A DNA stretch of 64,000 bases from Clostridium peptidivorans (GTDB lineage Bacteria > Bacillota > Clostridia > Clostridiales > Clostridiaceae). The translations under genes were made by a program, and so were the position numbers. The notes under the pieces were generated by a model that searched no databases, was not told where the DNA came from, and worked only from the letters and a program-made list of their open reading frames with translations. This document shows, piece after piece, positions 10,518 to 21,240 of the stretch. How positions within the stretch are numbered: position 1 is the stretch's first letter; every line of letters begins with the position of its first letter. The DNA lies in NCBI RefSeq assembly GCF_900205925.1, contig NZ_OAOD01000001.1, positions 243,201 through 307,200 on the forward strand, written 5' to 3'.

Positions 10518-11444
10518 TCATACACCTTTTTTAAATATCTTTAATAAACGTAAATAGTGATTTGCTTCACGTAAAGTATGGTCACCTAACAAAGGTATTA
10601 TTATGGATTTGATTTTACATTCTACCAATCCTTGCGTACCTTGTGCCTTAAATTTTTTTATTTCCATAGTTGCTTTAAGACTCTCATCTGTAACTTCTGA
10701 AATTAGCATTGAATTATCCATGGCTTCTCTTGCCTCTTTTGTCAACTGATCAAATTCATTTCCAAAGTTATTTGCTGTCTTTATAAGCTCTTCCTCAGTT
10801 GGGTCAAGAAGCCCACGAATAAATTTTGAATGTTCAGCCATAATTCTGTTCCAGAAAGTTTCTTGTTCATAAGCTTCTCTTTCTAAGTTGATTTCTTCAC
10901 GATTTTGTAGTCTTTTTACTATCTGAAAATAAAATTTTGCTTCTCTTAAAATATGGTCTATAAGCAAAGGATAATTAACTGTAAATATCCTACAGCATAA
11001 AACATCTGATAATAGCTTACTCTTAAACTGTGCTAATGCTCTAGTTAGTTCCATGACTCTCTGATTAAGTATAAATACTTTTTCTTCAATCACAGGGTTA
11101 CCTATTATTGAGGTATCACCCGTTAATCCCATCTCTGATTTAGTCAAGCTAGTTGGAATTTTCACTCCTGTAAAATATGCTGAAGCCATTTCAGCTTTTA
11201 ATGTAAAAGGTGTTACTACTTCACCAGACTGTAAAACACTAGGGCTAACAACGCCATTAGAAAGAGATATGGTATCAGCTAAAATTCTATCGAACTCTAT
11301 TCTAAAAGCGTTCGCCTGTTCTACACACCCTGAATCCTTAGGTGTAAAACCTATTTGTAAAAAAAATGAGTGTTCCTTCATAATCCTTGCAAAAAAAAGA
11401 TGTAATTCCAGTGACTGTCTTATAAATTCGGTTCTAGATAGCAT
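10518..11444 (-). CDS. DUF2935-like protein of unknown function
   Basis: 308 aa soluble protein with repeated KEHSFF/AEHSKF motifs. Confidence 0.45.
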   Translation of the reverse strand: MLSRTEFIRQSLELHLFFARIMKEHSFFLQIGFTPKDSGCVEQANAFRIEFDRILADTISLSNGVVSPSVLQSGEVVTPFTLKAEMASAYFTGVKIPTSLTKSEMGLTGDTSIIGNPVIEEKVFILNQRVMELTRALAQFKSKLLSDVLCCRIFTVNYPLLIDHILREAKFYFQIVKRLQNREEINLEREAYEQETFWNRIMAEHSKFIRGLLDPTEEELIKTANNFGNEFDQLTKEAREAMDNSMLISEVTDESLKATMEIKKFKAQGTQGLVECKIKSIIIPLLGDHTLREANHYLRLLKIFKKGV

Positions 11445-11597
11445 GGTGAATTCTCCTTAAAAAATTTTTCTTCGCTATCATTATATTAATTTTATCCATA
11501 AGAGTTACTCTTATCATACAGTTATACTTGTAAAATTTGTATACAGGCTGTAACAAACTATATAAAAATATAATAAACTTCTTAAACCTTGGTTTAT

Positions 11598-12284
11598 CTA
11601 TAGTGACACAACTTGAGCTTGTCTAGTATTTTTGGACTTTAGAAATCTTAAAATTGCATAACCACCAAATATTATTGTATAAGTAATTAATTTTAGCCAA
11701 TCTATTTTTTCTTTATCCACTAATATAATTAAAATGTGAAGATATGCTAAGAGATAGAAAAGATATGCCCATCTTTGCAATTTCTTCCATTGATGGCCTT
11801 TCATTTTAAGTCTTATCTTTTTAAATGAAGTAATAAATAATGGTATCATTATGATAAATCCTATAGTTCCAATAATTATATAACTTAAGTATATTACCGA
11901 TAAAGAACCATTCATTGCTTTAATAATAAAACGAATTAAATATATAAAACCATGTGGTAATAAAAGAATAGAAGCTATAATAGCTAATTCAGCTCTAATT
12001 CTTAATAATTTTCTTGTAATTGCCCACTTTGTTTGTAAAGCACCTGCAAACATAACTAACACAAAAAACGATATTGAAATAATACCCTTTATAGATGCCT
12101 TCTCTAGGATAGAAATAAATCCATAAAGTTTCATATTAGAAGTAAGTCTTAAGATTTCGTATATAGTTGTACTAATAGCTACTAGTCCTGATAATGAGTA
12201 ATAAAACCAATAATGTTTCTTAATACTTGATGTAAAAACTAATGATAAAACTGCTGCAAAAATTAATGAATAAATTAAAACCAT
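11598..12284 (-). CDS. integral membrane protein (about 6 TM)
   Basis: 228 aa hydrophobic protein. No confident family. Confidence 0.45.
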   Translation of the reverse strand: MVLIYSLIFAAVLSLVFTSSIKKHYWFYYSLSGLVAISTTIYEILRLTSNMKLYGFISILEKASIKGIISISFFVLVMFAGALQTKWAITRKLLRIRAELAIIASILLLPHGFIYLIRFIIKAMNGSLSVIYLSYIIIGTIGFIIMIPLFITSFKKIRLKMKGHQWKKLQRWAYLFYLLAYLHILIILVDKEKIDWLKLITYTIIFGGYAILRFLKSKNTRQAQVVSL

Positions 12285-12545
12285 GTTAATTCTCCTTTAT
12301 AATTATATTGATAATGATTTTCGTTATCATTTTAATAGAATCCTCTGAAAAAGTCAATAAATAATTATATTTAATTACCTGTGAGAAAGCTCAAGAACGC
12401 TTTTAATTCAGCTGAGAGAATATATGATGAATAATGGAAAAAACGTAGGAGAAGATATATTTGATGAACCTTTTGAATTAAATGACAAAAACTAAATATC
12501 ACGATTGAACTAATAAAAAATCAAATGTTTGGTGGGAGAAAGTAA

Positions 12546-13244
12546 ATGTTTTTAAAAGTAGAAAATTTAAAGAAAAGCTATAAGACAGGTGATGTAACTA
12601 CTACAGTTTTAAAAGGTGTAGGAATGAATTTAGACCAGGGTGAGATTGGAATTATACTTGGCCCTTCCGGTTCCGGGAAGTCAACCCTTCTTAATATTAT
12701 AGGTGGAATTGACAGATGCGACTCCGGTATTGTTTCAGTAGACAATATTGAAATTACTAAATTAAATGATACCAAGCTCACAGACTACAGAAGAGAAAGA
12801 CTGGGTTTCATATTTCAGTTTTATAACTTAATACCTAATCTTACTGCAGGAGAAAATATAGAGGTTGCTTCAAACATAAGCATATCCCCTCTTAATACTG
12901 ATGAGGTTTTAAACGCCGTAGGTATGCTTGATAAAAAGCATAGATTCCCCAAGGAGTTAAGCGGTGGTGAACAGCAGAGAGTTTCCATTGCAAGAGCAAT
13001 AGTTAAAAATCCAAAGCTTTTATTATGCGATGAGCCAACCGGTGCACTTGATTTTTCAACCTCCAGGGAGATATTGAAGCTTCTTCAGAAAATTAACAAG
13101 GATTTTGGCTCAACCATACTTATGATAACACATAACACTGCAATCAGTGCTATGGCTAATAAAGTTTATAAAGTACGAAGTGGGGAAATCGTAGAGAGCA
13201 TGGTTAATAAGACAACTATGCCTGCGGAAAGGATTGAGTGGTAA
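12546..13244 (+). CDS. ABC transporter ATP-binding protein (MacB/LolD-type)
   Basis: Walker [18 protein letters not shown] signature, Walker [10 protein letters not shown]. Confidence 0.9.
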   Translation: MFLKVENLKKSYKTGDVTTTVLKGVGMNLDQGEIGIILGPSGSGKSTLLNIIGGIDRCDSGIVSVDNIEITKLNDTKLTDYRRERLGFIFQFYNLIPNLTAGENIEVASNISISPLNTDEVLNAVGMLDKKHRFPKELSGGEQQRVSIARAIVKNPKLLLCDEPTGALDFSTSREILKLLQKINKDFGSTILMITHNTAISAMANKVYKVRSGEIVESMVNKTTMPAERIEW

Positions 13245-15487
13245 TGATTGTAAATAAAAAAATTAAAAGAACCATGCTGGAAAGCAAATCTCAATACCTT
13301 GGTTCCTTATTGCTTATTATTTTTAGCTGCCTTCTTTTTACAATGTTTAATTTACTTTCAGTCAACTTAACCGGACTATTATCTTCTTTTGAAGGAGACT
13401 ATAAGCAGGAAGATGCCAACTTTATGTCCAGCAAAAAATTAAATAATATTGAAGTTTTAGAATCAAAGTTCAATATGAGCATAGAGGAAACAAAATCAGT
13501 TGATTATTCCATATCAAAGGATAAAACACTGAGAATATTCAGAGAAAATACTAAGGTTGATATACCTGCTATAATTGAAGGTAAAACTCTAAGTGGAGGG
13601 GATATTCTTATTAATCCCTCCTATGCAAAAGCTAATAAATTAAAGATTGGTGACAGCATAAAAATATATAATAAAAATTTTACTATTTCTGGCTTTATGT
13701 CTCTGCCAAATTATATATATCCATTAAAATCAGAATCAGATATACTTAATGATCCAAACAGTTTTGGTATAGCAGTAATAGGAAAAGCTGACTTTGACAG
13801 TTTAAATAAAGGAAATAGTTTTTATGCTATAAGATTTAATGGTGATAGAAATAATTTAGATAATAGAATATCTGAATTTAAGGATTACTTAAGAACTGAG
13901 GATGTTTTTATCCTAAGATGGATGAACGTAACGGATAACCCAAGAGTAACCTATATGACTGCAAAGCTTAATGGGATTGATGAAATGAGCTCACTTATGC
14001 CTATAAGTATACTGCTTCTTACCTGCATACTAACAGGTATAGTAATGTGGAGAATGCTAAAAAGAGAAGCTGTTATTATAGGAACTCTTTATTCACTAGG
14101 TTATAGAAAGAAAGAGATTATGAAACACTATCTTTTATATCCTTTAGTAATCTCATTATTAGATGGTGTAATTGGAACTATACTTGGAACCATGACCTTA
14201 AGACCTATGATTTCCTATTATGTGTCATACTTTAATATACCTATAAGTTCTTTAAGCTTTAATATAAGTTATCTTGTAATAAGCGTTCTGCTTCCGGTAA
14301 TCTTTTTAATTATCTGCGGCTATTTTGTTGTAAATAAATCACTTAAAGATTCACCTGTTGAACTTATGAGAGGCGGAAAGGAAAAGAATAAAGTTAGTTT
14401 TATAGAAAGGGCAGTAAAGCTTCATAAGCTAAGCTTTAATACCAAGTTTAAAATAAGAGAACTGCTTAGAAGCATACCAAGAAGTGGATTTCTTCTACTT
14501 GGCATTATTATGGCGACTATGCTGCTTTTAATGGGCTTTGCGGCAAAGAGTTCTATGGACTACTTAATCAAAGATTCTTTTAGTGAAGCATTTAAATATA
14601 ATTATCAATATGTATTTAATTCTGCTGAAAATGGTAAACCTGAAAAAGGTGAAGCTTTCTCTGAAATACCATTTGCATTAAAATCAGATAGTAAGCTAAC
14701 TTTTACGGTGTATGGTGTAAGTCCTAATTCTCAGTATATTTCCTTTAAAGATAAAGCAGGAAATGTATTGAAATCTGATAAAGTTATTATAACAAGACCT
14801 CTAGCTGATAAGCTTAATATAAATTCAAAGGATACTGTTAGCGTTATTAACAGGCTGGACTCAAAAGAGTACAGCATAACAGTTGATAGTATAGCAGAAA
14901 CTTACGTAGGTAATTATATTTATATACCTCTTGATAAACTTAATGATATGCTGAGATTCCCATCAGGCAGCTATACTGGACTATGGAGTTCAGAAAGAAT
15001 AGATATTCCAGAAAACAAATTACTAGCTGCTGTAACGGTTGATGATATGAGAAATGCCTTTAATACAATGACGAAGCCCCTTCAGGCTGTTATTGGCGGT
15101 ATAGCTTTTATCTCCTTTATAATTGGACTTATAGTAATATATGTTGTCACTTCCCTTACCATAGAGGAAAATAAGGAAAATATATCTCTAATGAAGGTCT
15201 TAGGATACAGAAAGAAGGAAATTTATTCTTTGATTTTAAACAGTTCCTCCTTTATAGTAGTAATCGGCTATATTCTTGGAGTCCCACTGCTTCTTGCATC
15301 CTTAAGTGCTATGTTTAAATCAATAACCAAAGATATGAGTGTCTCCTTCCCCGTAACTATAAATTATATTTATGTTTTAGTTGGTTTTGTTATAATATAC
15401 TTAACCTATGAACTATCAAAGTTATTAAGCAGAAGAAAGATAAATAGAATTTCCATGGCTGAAGCTTTAAAATCTCGAATGGAATAA
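13244..15487 (+). CDS. ABC transporter permease with two FtsX domains (MacB-type)
   Basis: 749 aa. Two 4-TM FtsX-like blocks separated by large extracytoplasmic domains. Overlaps the ATPase stop. Confidence 0.85.
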   Translation: MIVNKKIKRTMLESKSQYLGSLLLIIFSCLLFTMFNLLSVNLTGLLSSFEGDYKQEDANFMSSKKLNNIEVLESKFNMSIEETKSVDYSISKDKTLRIFRENTKVDIPAIIEGKTLSGGDILINPSYAKANKLKIGDSIKIYNKNFTISGFMSLPNYIYPLKSESDILNDPNSFGIAVIGKADFDSLNKGNSFYAIRFNGDRNNLDNRISEFKDYLRTEDVFILRWMNVTDNPRVTYMTAKLNGIDEMSSLMPISILLLTCILTGIVMWRMLKREAVIIGTLYSLGYRKKEIMKHYLLYPLVISLLDGVIGTILGTMTLRPMISYYVSYFNIPISSLSFNISYLVISVLLPVIFLIICGYFVVNKSLKDSPVELMRGGKEKNKVSFIERAVKLHKLSFNTKFKIRELLRSIPRSGFLLLGIIMATMLLLMGFAAKSSMDYLIKDSFSEAFKYNYQYVFNSAENGKPEKGEAFSEIPFALKSDSKLTFTVYGVSPNSQYISFKDKAGNVLKSDKVIITRPLADKLNINSKDTVSVINRLDSKEYSITVDSIAETYVGNYIYIPLDKLNDMLRFPSGSYTGLWSSERIDIPENKLLAAVTVDDMRNAFNTMTKPLQAVIGGIAFISFIIGLIVIYVVTSLTIEENKENISLMKVLGYRKKEIYSLILNSSSFIVVIGYILGVPLLLASLSAMFKSITKDMSVSFPVTINYIYVLVGFVIIYLTYELSKLLSRRKINRISMAEALKSRME

Positions 15488-15572
15488 AATGCCATAAATC
15501 TAGTATGGGAATAATGACATAATAAAATTGATAAAAAAGCAAAAGTTTCCTCATAACAAAAATAAAAAAATA

Positions 15573-15603
15573 AGTGGCTCATAGCATTTTTCCATGAGCC
15601 ACT
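15573..15603. terminator. bidirectional rho-independent terminator between convergent genes
   Basis: Perfect 10-bp stem AGTGGCTCAT/ATGAGCCACT, A-run upstream, T-rich flanks. Confidence 0.75.
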
Positions 15604-15627
15604 GGATTAATTAATCAAAAGGTCTTA

Positions 15628-16977
15628 TTACTTAGACCTTGACTTGTCAAAGAACACACCTATTAACATAATCACTGCAAAGGTAATAAGATACCATACA
15701 ACTGCCATCTTATGGGAGAAACATGCCGCAACAATCATAAACAAGCAGCCGCAGATGGCAAGAATAGGAGCTACAAAACGCTTGAAAACACCCAAATCTT
15801 TTTCCTTTTTAATGAGCATAATGAAAATGGGAATATATGCAGCATAAATTGTAACGATAGGAAGCTCTGTCATGTCGAAGTTAAAGAATCCAAACCATGA
15901 CTCGGTAAGCTGCGAGCCATAGAAGTAAAGGAGCCATATCCCACAGAACAGCAAACCAAGAATAGCAGAGTTTGTTGGCATATTTGTTGCCTTATCTACC
16001 TGTTTGTATACGTTTGGCGCAGGTCCCATATCACGAGCAGCCAGAGCATATATACCACGAGTACAGCCCAGCATGAGACCATTCAGAGTCCCCAGGCAGG
16101 AAATTACAACGAACACGAACAGCGCAGTACCGCCAACCTTTGAGAAAACTTTCTCGAAAGCCATTCTGACACCTTTCTGACCACTCTCCATCAAGGCTGC
16201 GTTACTCACTGCTCCTGAAAGTCCGATATAGTAAAGTATATAGGTAACAACTACAAGAACCGTTCCAATAACCAGGGCTTTAGGAAGGTTTTTCTTAGAT
16301 TCCTTCAATTCAGCATTTATGGAGGTTGCAATAATCCATCCCTCATATGCAAAAGCGGTAGCTACAACAGCAGTAAACAGAGCATTGCCTGTGCTGACCT
16401 GCTTAGTTATGGTGGTAAAGTTTGCAACGGTCATACCGGTTGATAATCCCACTATAGTACCCACAACAGCCATGATTAATAGCGGAACTAGCTTAATTGT
16501 AGTTGCTGCTACCTGGAACTTACCGGCAAGCACGGGGGACAATGCATTAACAGCATAACTTGTTACCAGATAGAAGCTGGTGATTGCTAATGCTTCCGGC
16601 CCGACGATATTAAAATCCAACAACACACAGGTATAGCGAGCTGAAACCCATGCCAGTGCAGCTGTAAGGGTTGGATAATAGATAGTAGACATAAACCACC
16701 CGATGTAATATCCATACTTTTTGCCCATTGAAACCTCTGCATAGTCTACAATACCATTAACATACTCATAACGGGTTGCCATAATGGAAAATGTATACGC
16801 ACATACTACCATGATTGCGCCACCGATAAGCCATGCTAGGATACCTAACAGCAAGTTACCGCCAGTTGCGGCAAGTACCTTTTCTGCTTTAAAAAACACA
16901 CCGCTTCCGATAACGATGCCCACTACCATAGCAATAGCGGTGATTAGTCCATACTTCTTGTTAAGATTTGATTCCAA
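15628..16977 (-). CDS. APC family amino acid permease
   Basis: 449 aa, 12 TM. N-terminal GSGVFF APC motif. Confidence 0.85.
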   Translation of the reverse strand: MESNLNKKYGLITAIAMVVGIVIGSGVFFKAEKVLAATGGNLLLGILAWLIGGAIMVVCAYTFSIMATRYEYVNGIVDYAEVSMGKKYGYYIGWFMSTIYYPTLTAALAWVSARYTCVLLDFNIVGPEALAITSFYLVTSYAVNALSPVLAGKFQVAATTIKLVPLLIMAVVGTIVGLSTGMTVANFTTITKQVSTGNALFTAVVATAFAYEGWIIATSINAELKESKKNLPKALVIGTVLVVVTYILYYIGLSGAVSNAALMESGQKGVRMAFEKVFSKVGGTALFVFVVISCLGTLNGLMLGCTRGIYALAARDMGPAPNVYKQVDKATNMPTNSAILGLLFCGIWLLYFYGSQLTESWFGFFNFDMTELPIVTIYAAYIPIFIMLIKKEKDLGVFKRFVAPILAICGCLFMIVAACFSHKMAVVWYLITFAVIMLIGVFFDKSRSK

Positions 16978-17149
16978 CTTTCATCCCTTCTTTCTTATAA
17001 TTATAATGATGCTTGAAACATGTAGTTTCCATATATATATATTCTGACTAAAGCATTTATGCTTACAATCATATGCACATTCTTACTGTGAGGGCTTGTA
17101 CTTTTTTTGCTACATACTTTAGTATATAAATCTCCTAATACTTAGAAAA

Positions 17150-17188
17150 GGAACGAATTTTACCTATGCAAAAATTCGTTCCTTTTTA
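17150..17188. terminator. rho-independent terminator
   Basis: GGAACGAATTTT/AAAATTCGTTCC stem followed by TTTTT. Lies downstream of the deacetylase gene. Confidence 0.7.
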
Positions 17189-17329
17189 CCACTTTTGTTA
17201 TTAAATATATAAATTAAATTGTGGAAAATGATCTTTAAGGGGGAAAGCCTAGTACAGAGATAGATGGAATACTCTTTAAAGCAATAATAGAGTTTAATAT
17301 ATAGAAAAACCAGAGGAGACCTGATTTTT

Positions 17330-18202
17330 CTATTTTTTACTGTTTAGGATCTGCATTCCCATGCCAGGGAACATTCTGACTCTAGTTAGTGTATATAATC
17401 CATCCGATTGTTTGGCATGCCCAGGTTTAGTAGTAAAGCCTATTTTATATCCTGCAGTTTTCGCTGCTTTTATAGTATCTGCATTATACCTTCCCACAGG
17501 GTAACATATACAATCTATATTTTTATTCAATAGTTTACTTAAGGCCTCTTTAGACCGTACTAATTCATCCAGTTGTTTTTGATATGGAAGTACATTTAAC
17601 TCGTGATGTGAAGCCGTATGGCTCTGAAAGTCTATATTATTAGCATACATCTCTCTAATTTGTTCTTCATTAAGCACAGAATGTTGCCCAATTGAATCAG
17701 TTATCAAAAATATAGTAGCTTTAAAATTATATTTTTTTAATATTGGATAGGCCTCTGTATAGTTATCAACGTAGCCATCATCAAATGTTAATGCAACAGG
17801 CTTAAGAGGTATATCTTTACCTGTAGTAAGCATTGAATATACTTCATCTAAAAATAAGGGAGTAAATCCATTATCCTTTAACCATTTAATCTGTTTATCA
17901 AACTCTTGTGGTGTAATTATTAAATTATTTGTACTTTTAACATTTATTGAATGGTACATTAATACAGGTATTTTAACTGCAGCTGAATCCAAATCTCGTT
18001 TTGATAATGCTTCATGTTTTACAGGTTCGTAAGTTTTATATTTAATATTAGAATTTTTTTCAGTTAGCAACTGTCTATTCTCAGCTGCAGGATTTGATTT
18101 ATAAATATCACAAGCAATAACATTAGAATACGAAATCATCTGAGCAGCGAAAATGAATACAATAAATATAGATAGTAATCCTTTTGTTTTTAAATTATTC
18201 AT
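17330..18202 (-). CDS. secreted polysaccharide deacetylase (NodB homology domain)
   Basis: Signal peptide plus TFDDGY NodB motif. Confidence 0.8.
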   Translation of the reverse strand: MNNLKTKGLLSIFIVFIFAAQMISYSNVIACDIYKSNPAAENRQLLTEKNSNIKYKTYEPVKHEALSKRDLDSAAVKIPVLMYHSINVKSTNNLIITPQEFDKQIKWLKDNGFTPLFLDEVYSMLTTGKDIPLKPVALTFDDGYVDNYTEAYPILKKYNFKATIFLITDSIGQHSVLNEEQIREMYANNIDFQSHTASHHELNVLPYQKQLDELVRSKEALSKLLNKNIDCICYPVGRYNADTIKAAKTAGYKIGFTTKPGHAKQSDGLYTLTRVRMFPGMGMQILNSKK

Positions 18203-18295
18203 CGTATCACCCCATTAAATAATAATATGTAATATTATTATAAGCTTGTGCAATAATACAATTTAAATACATAAGATTTTAGAATTTAATTCTAT

Positions 18296-18440
18296 ATTGA
18301 TTACAAACTTATCAGCTTCATTTTTCGCCCATATCTTTCCTTTATGCAGTTCTACTACACTTTTTGCAATGGCTAGCCCCAATCCTGATCCTGAAACTTC
18401 TGAGTTTCTTGATTCATCTGCCCTATAAAATCTATTGTTA
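18296..18440 (-). pseudogene. remnant of a histidine kinase 3' end (HATPase_c C-terminus)
   Basis: Translates to FYRADESRNSEVSGSGLGLAIAKSVVELHKGKIWAKNEADKFVINIELN. The intact kinase at 19924..21240 ends in a paralogous sequence. The fragment has no N-terminal part and no start codon. Confidence 0.6.
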
Positions 18441-18537
18441 ACTATAAAAAAGCGGCTGTATCCTTATATTGGATTACAACCGCATACTTTTTATTTATTG
18501 GATGAAACACCAAGTTCCTTGAAGCACTCATTCTGAT

Positions 18538-19449
18538 TTAATCATTTAATAATAATTGGGATTTAAATATTATTACAGCATTTCCAGAAACCTTAACTTC
18601 AACAGGTTCTTTATCTTCTATTTTTACCTCAACTTCAATAATACCTGGTCGTTTTATAGCTTCACCTTGCTTAGCCTTGAATCTAAACAAAGAATTATTG
18701 TGCTTAACAAGATTATGATGAACAAGATATGCACCTAATGGACCATTGGCATTGCCAGTAACAGGATCCTCATTAATACCTATTGCAGGTGCAAACATTC
18801 TTCCGTGTATTAAGATATCACTATCTTGTGAATTAATCGTAAAAACATAATATCCATTACATTTAATAATCTTGCTCAATCTAGAAAGTGCATCATAGTC
18901 TGGCTTTAATGTATTTAAAGTATCAATGCTTTTTATACCAATCATAACCTTAGAATGACCTGTTGATACAATTTGAACTTCATAGTTTTCCATCAAATCA
19001 TTATTTGTTATATTAAGAGCCGATAGAAGTTCTTTTTTATTTGACCCATCAATAGTTGTACCAAACTCAATTTTCCCCTGTGTCATAACAATTTTGTAAT
19101 CCTCATTTTCCTTTATTATATCCACAGGCAAAATTCCAGCACCTGTTTTATGATAAACCCTTGAAGTATCGAGTCCATTTTCAACAGCACGGGCATAATG
19201 AGCAGCAATAGTGGCATGCCCACAAATTGGCACTTCATTTGTTGGAGTAAAAAAACGTATATGAGCATCATACTCATTGCTATTTGAAGAAAAGATAAAG
19301 GCTGTCTCAGAATTATTAAGTTCTCTAGCTATTTTTTGCATTTCATAATCAGTTAATCCATCTGCATTTGTTATTACTCCTGCTGGATTTCCTGTGAATT
19401 TTTCCTTTGTAAATGAATCGATTTGATATAAATTATATTGTCTTATCAT
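18538..19449 (-). CDS. PhzF family phenazine-biosynthesis-like isomerase
   Basis: 303 aa. N-terminal YQIDSFT...GNPAGV PhzF/DAP-epimerase-fold signature. Confidence 0.85.
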   Translation of the reverse strand: MIRQYNLYQIDSFTKEKFTGNPAGVITNADGLTDYEMQKIARELNNSETAFIFSSNSNEYDAHIRFFTPTNEVPICGHATIAAHYARAVENGLDTSRVYHKTGAGILPVDIIKENEDYKIVMTQGKIEFGTTIDGSNKKELLSALNITNNDLMENYEVQIVSTGHSKVMIGIKSIDTLNTLKPDYDALSRLSKIIKCNGYYVFTINSQDSDILIHGRMFAPAIGINEDPVTGNANGPLGAYLVHHNLVKHNNSLFRFKAKQGEAIKRPGIIEVEVKIEDKEPVEVKVSGNAVIIFKSQLLLND

Positions 19450-19509
19450 GATTCCCCCCCTAAATGTACTGTGAATTTATAAATTACACTTCACTTTTTT
19501 AGTTTAAGG

Positions 19510-19875
19510 TTAAGCATCGCTCAATTTTTCAATAGCTTCTTTTTCACTTGACAAAAAAAATATATCCTTTCCCTTGTTGCTTTCATAGATGAAATCTCTT
19601 AAGCTCTTGCTTGAATACATAGAAAAATCACCGATTATTGCAATTTTCATTTGATAATTAATAAACTTTTGCAAAATCTCTCCTGCAAGTCGTGTTTTCA
19701 ATTTAAAAAACTCCTCGCATATTGCAGACTTATTTAAAATTATACGATCACAGTCTGTTTCATATCTTACTGTCCCAATGAAATCCAATGATGATTGAAC
19801 ATCAGTTATCAAAGTCTCGCTGCTATTTACAATAGCAATTCCTATATCATTCTCTTTTATTATAGTTATTTCCAT
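19510..19875 (-). CDS. DUF4180 domain protein
   Basis: 121 aa. The conserved pattern matches DUF4180. Confidence 0.5.
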   Translation of the reverse strand: MEITIIKENDIGIAIVNSSETLITDVQSSLDFIGTVRYETDCDRIILNKSAICEEFFKLKTRLAGEILQKFINYQMKIAIIGDFSMYSSKSLRDFIYESNKGKDIFFLSSEKEAIEKLSDA

Positions 19876-19923
19876 AATTATCCCCTAATAAGTTAATATT
19901 TTTCCTTACAATATAAACATTCT

Positions 19924-21240
19924 TTATGTAAAAGAAGTATTTAGTTCAACATTTATTTTAACTCTATTTGCTTCAGATTCTGCACTTATAGTACCATCAT
20001 GAAGCTCCACAATACTTTTTGCAATAGCAAGTCCAAGGCCAGAGCCTGACATCTTTGAATTTCTTGATTTATCAACTCTATAAAACCTTTCAAAAAGCAG
20101 TGGCAATACTTCTGTTGGTATTGTGTCCCCTTGATTTTCAAATGATAAAATTACCTTTCCCCTGTTTTGAATTATTGAGACAAATATTTTGCTGTTTAAT
20201 TCTTTGTAACTGTACTTAATTGAATTTGAGAGTATATTCTCAAAGGTTCTTGCCATCAAATCCGAATCAACATCTACATATATTTCAGGGCTTGAACACT
20301 CTATTTCAAAGGAAAGATTATTTTGTTTTGCTAAGATGGACATTTCTCCAAGAAGCTGGTCTATAAGCTCCACAATGTTAACAGTAGTTTTATTAACTCT
20401 TATAACTCCATTGGTAATTTTAGTAAATTCAAATAAATCCTCAATAAGTTTTTTTAGTCTTAACGATTTTAAATAGGCTCTTTCAATATAATCATTCATA
20501 GTTACCTCACCATCATAATTTTTATCCTTAACAAGAGTCAAGTAGCCTATGATAGTTGTAAGCGGTGTTTTCAAATCATGAGATACATTAGTAATAAGTT
20601 CATTTTTAGTTTGCTCAGCTCTTCTTTCATCTTCAATTTTATTTTTCAATTCTACTGACATTTTATTTATGTTTTTTGCAAGAATTTTAAACTCATCATT
20701 TCCTCTTTCTGCTACTTTAAAATCTAAATTACCCTTAGAAATTTCCTGAATACCAGTTGTAATTTCCTTTATGTACTTAATTTTTCTCCTTGTTAAAAGA
20801 TGAAAAACTAATATGTATGCTGGCACAGCCCAAAGTAAGGATATAAACATATGCCAATCAGTAATATTAAATGCAATAAGATATACACTACCTGCTACCA
20901 GAATGCTGATCACATTGGCTACAAACACTTCCATACCAATGTTTCTCATTATATATTTTTGATTAACACTGTGAATTCCAATTAATATGTTCTTAATTTT
21001 CCTAACTTTATTTCCAAAAACGAAACATACTATAAATACAATAAATCCAGTTATGGAATAGCTATTAAGCAGCCTCCATCTATATGAATATGGAAAATAA
21101 TATAGTATATCAAAATAAGATAATATCAACGGGAATATCACAGCCAAAGTAAGACTTACCAAAAATCTTATTATCAGTGAGATTTTTTTTAATGTGTTAC
21201 CCTTTAGTACAATGACCTTTTCTGTCTCATTACTAGCCAA
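19924..21240 (-). CDS. sensor histidine kinase (2 TM, HAMP, HisKA, HATPase_c)
   Basis: H-box VSHDLKTPLT. N, G1 and G2 boxes (GSGLGLAIAK). Confidence 0.9.
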   Translation of the reverse strand: MASNETEKVIVLKGNTLKKISLIIRFLVSLTLAVIFPLILSYFDILYYFPYSYRWRLLNSYSITGFIVFIVCFVFGNKVRKIKNILIGIHSVNQKYIMRNIGMEVFVANVISILVAGSVYLIAFNITDWHMFISLLWAVPAYILVFHLLTRRKIKYIKEITTGIQEISKGNLDFKVAERGNDEFKILAKNINKMSVELKNKIEDERRAEQTKNELITNVSHDLKTPLTTIIGYLTLVKDKNYDGEVTMNDYIERAYLKSLRLKKLIEDLFEFTKITNGVIRVNKTTVNIVELIDQLLGEMSILAKQNNLSFEIECSSPEIYVDVDSDLMARTFENILSNSIKYSYKELNSKIFVSIIQNRGKVILSFENQGDTIPTEVLPLLFERFYRVDKSRNSKMSGSGLGLAIAKSIVELHDGTISAESEANRVKINVELNTSFT

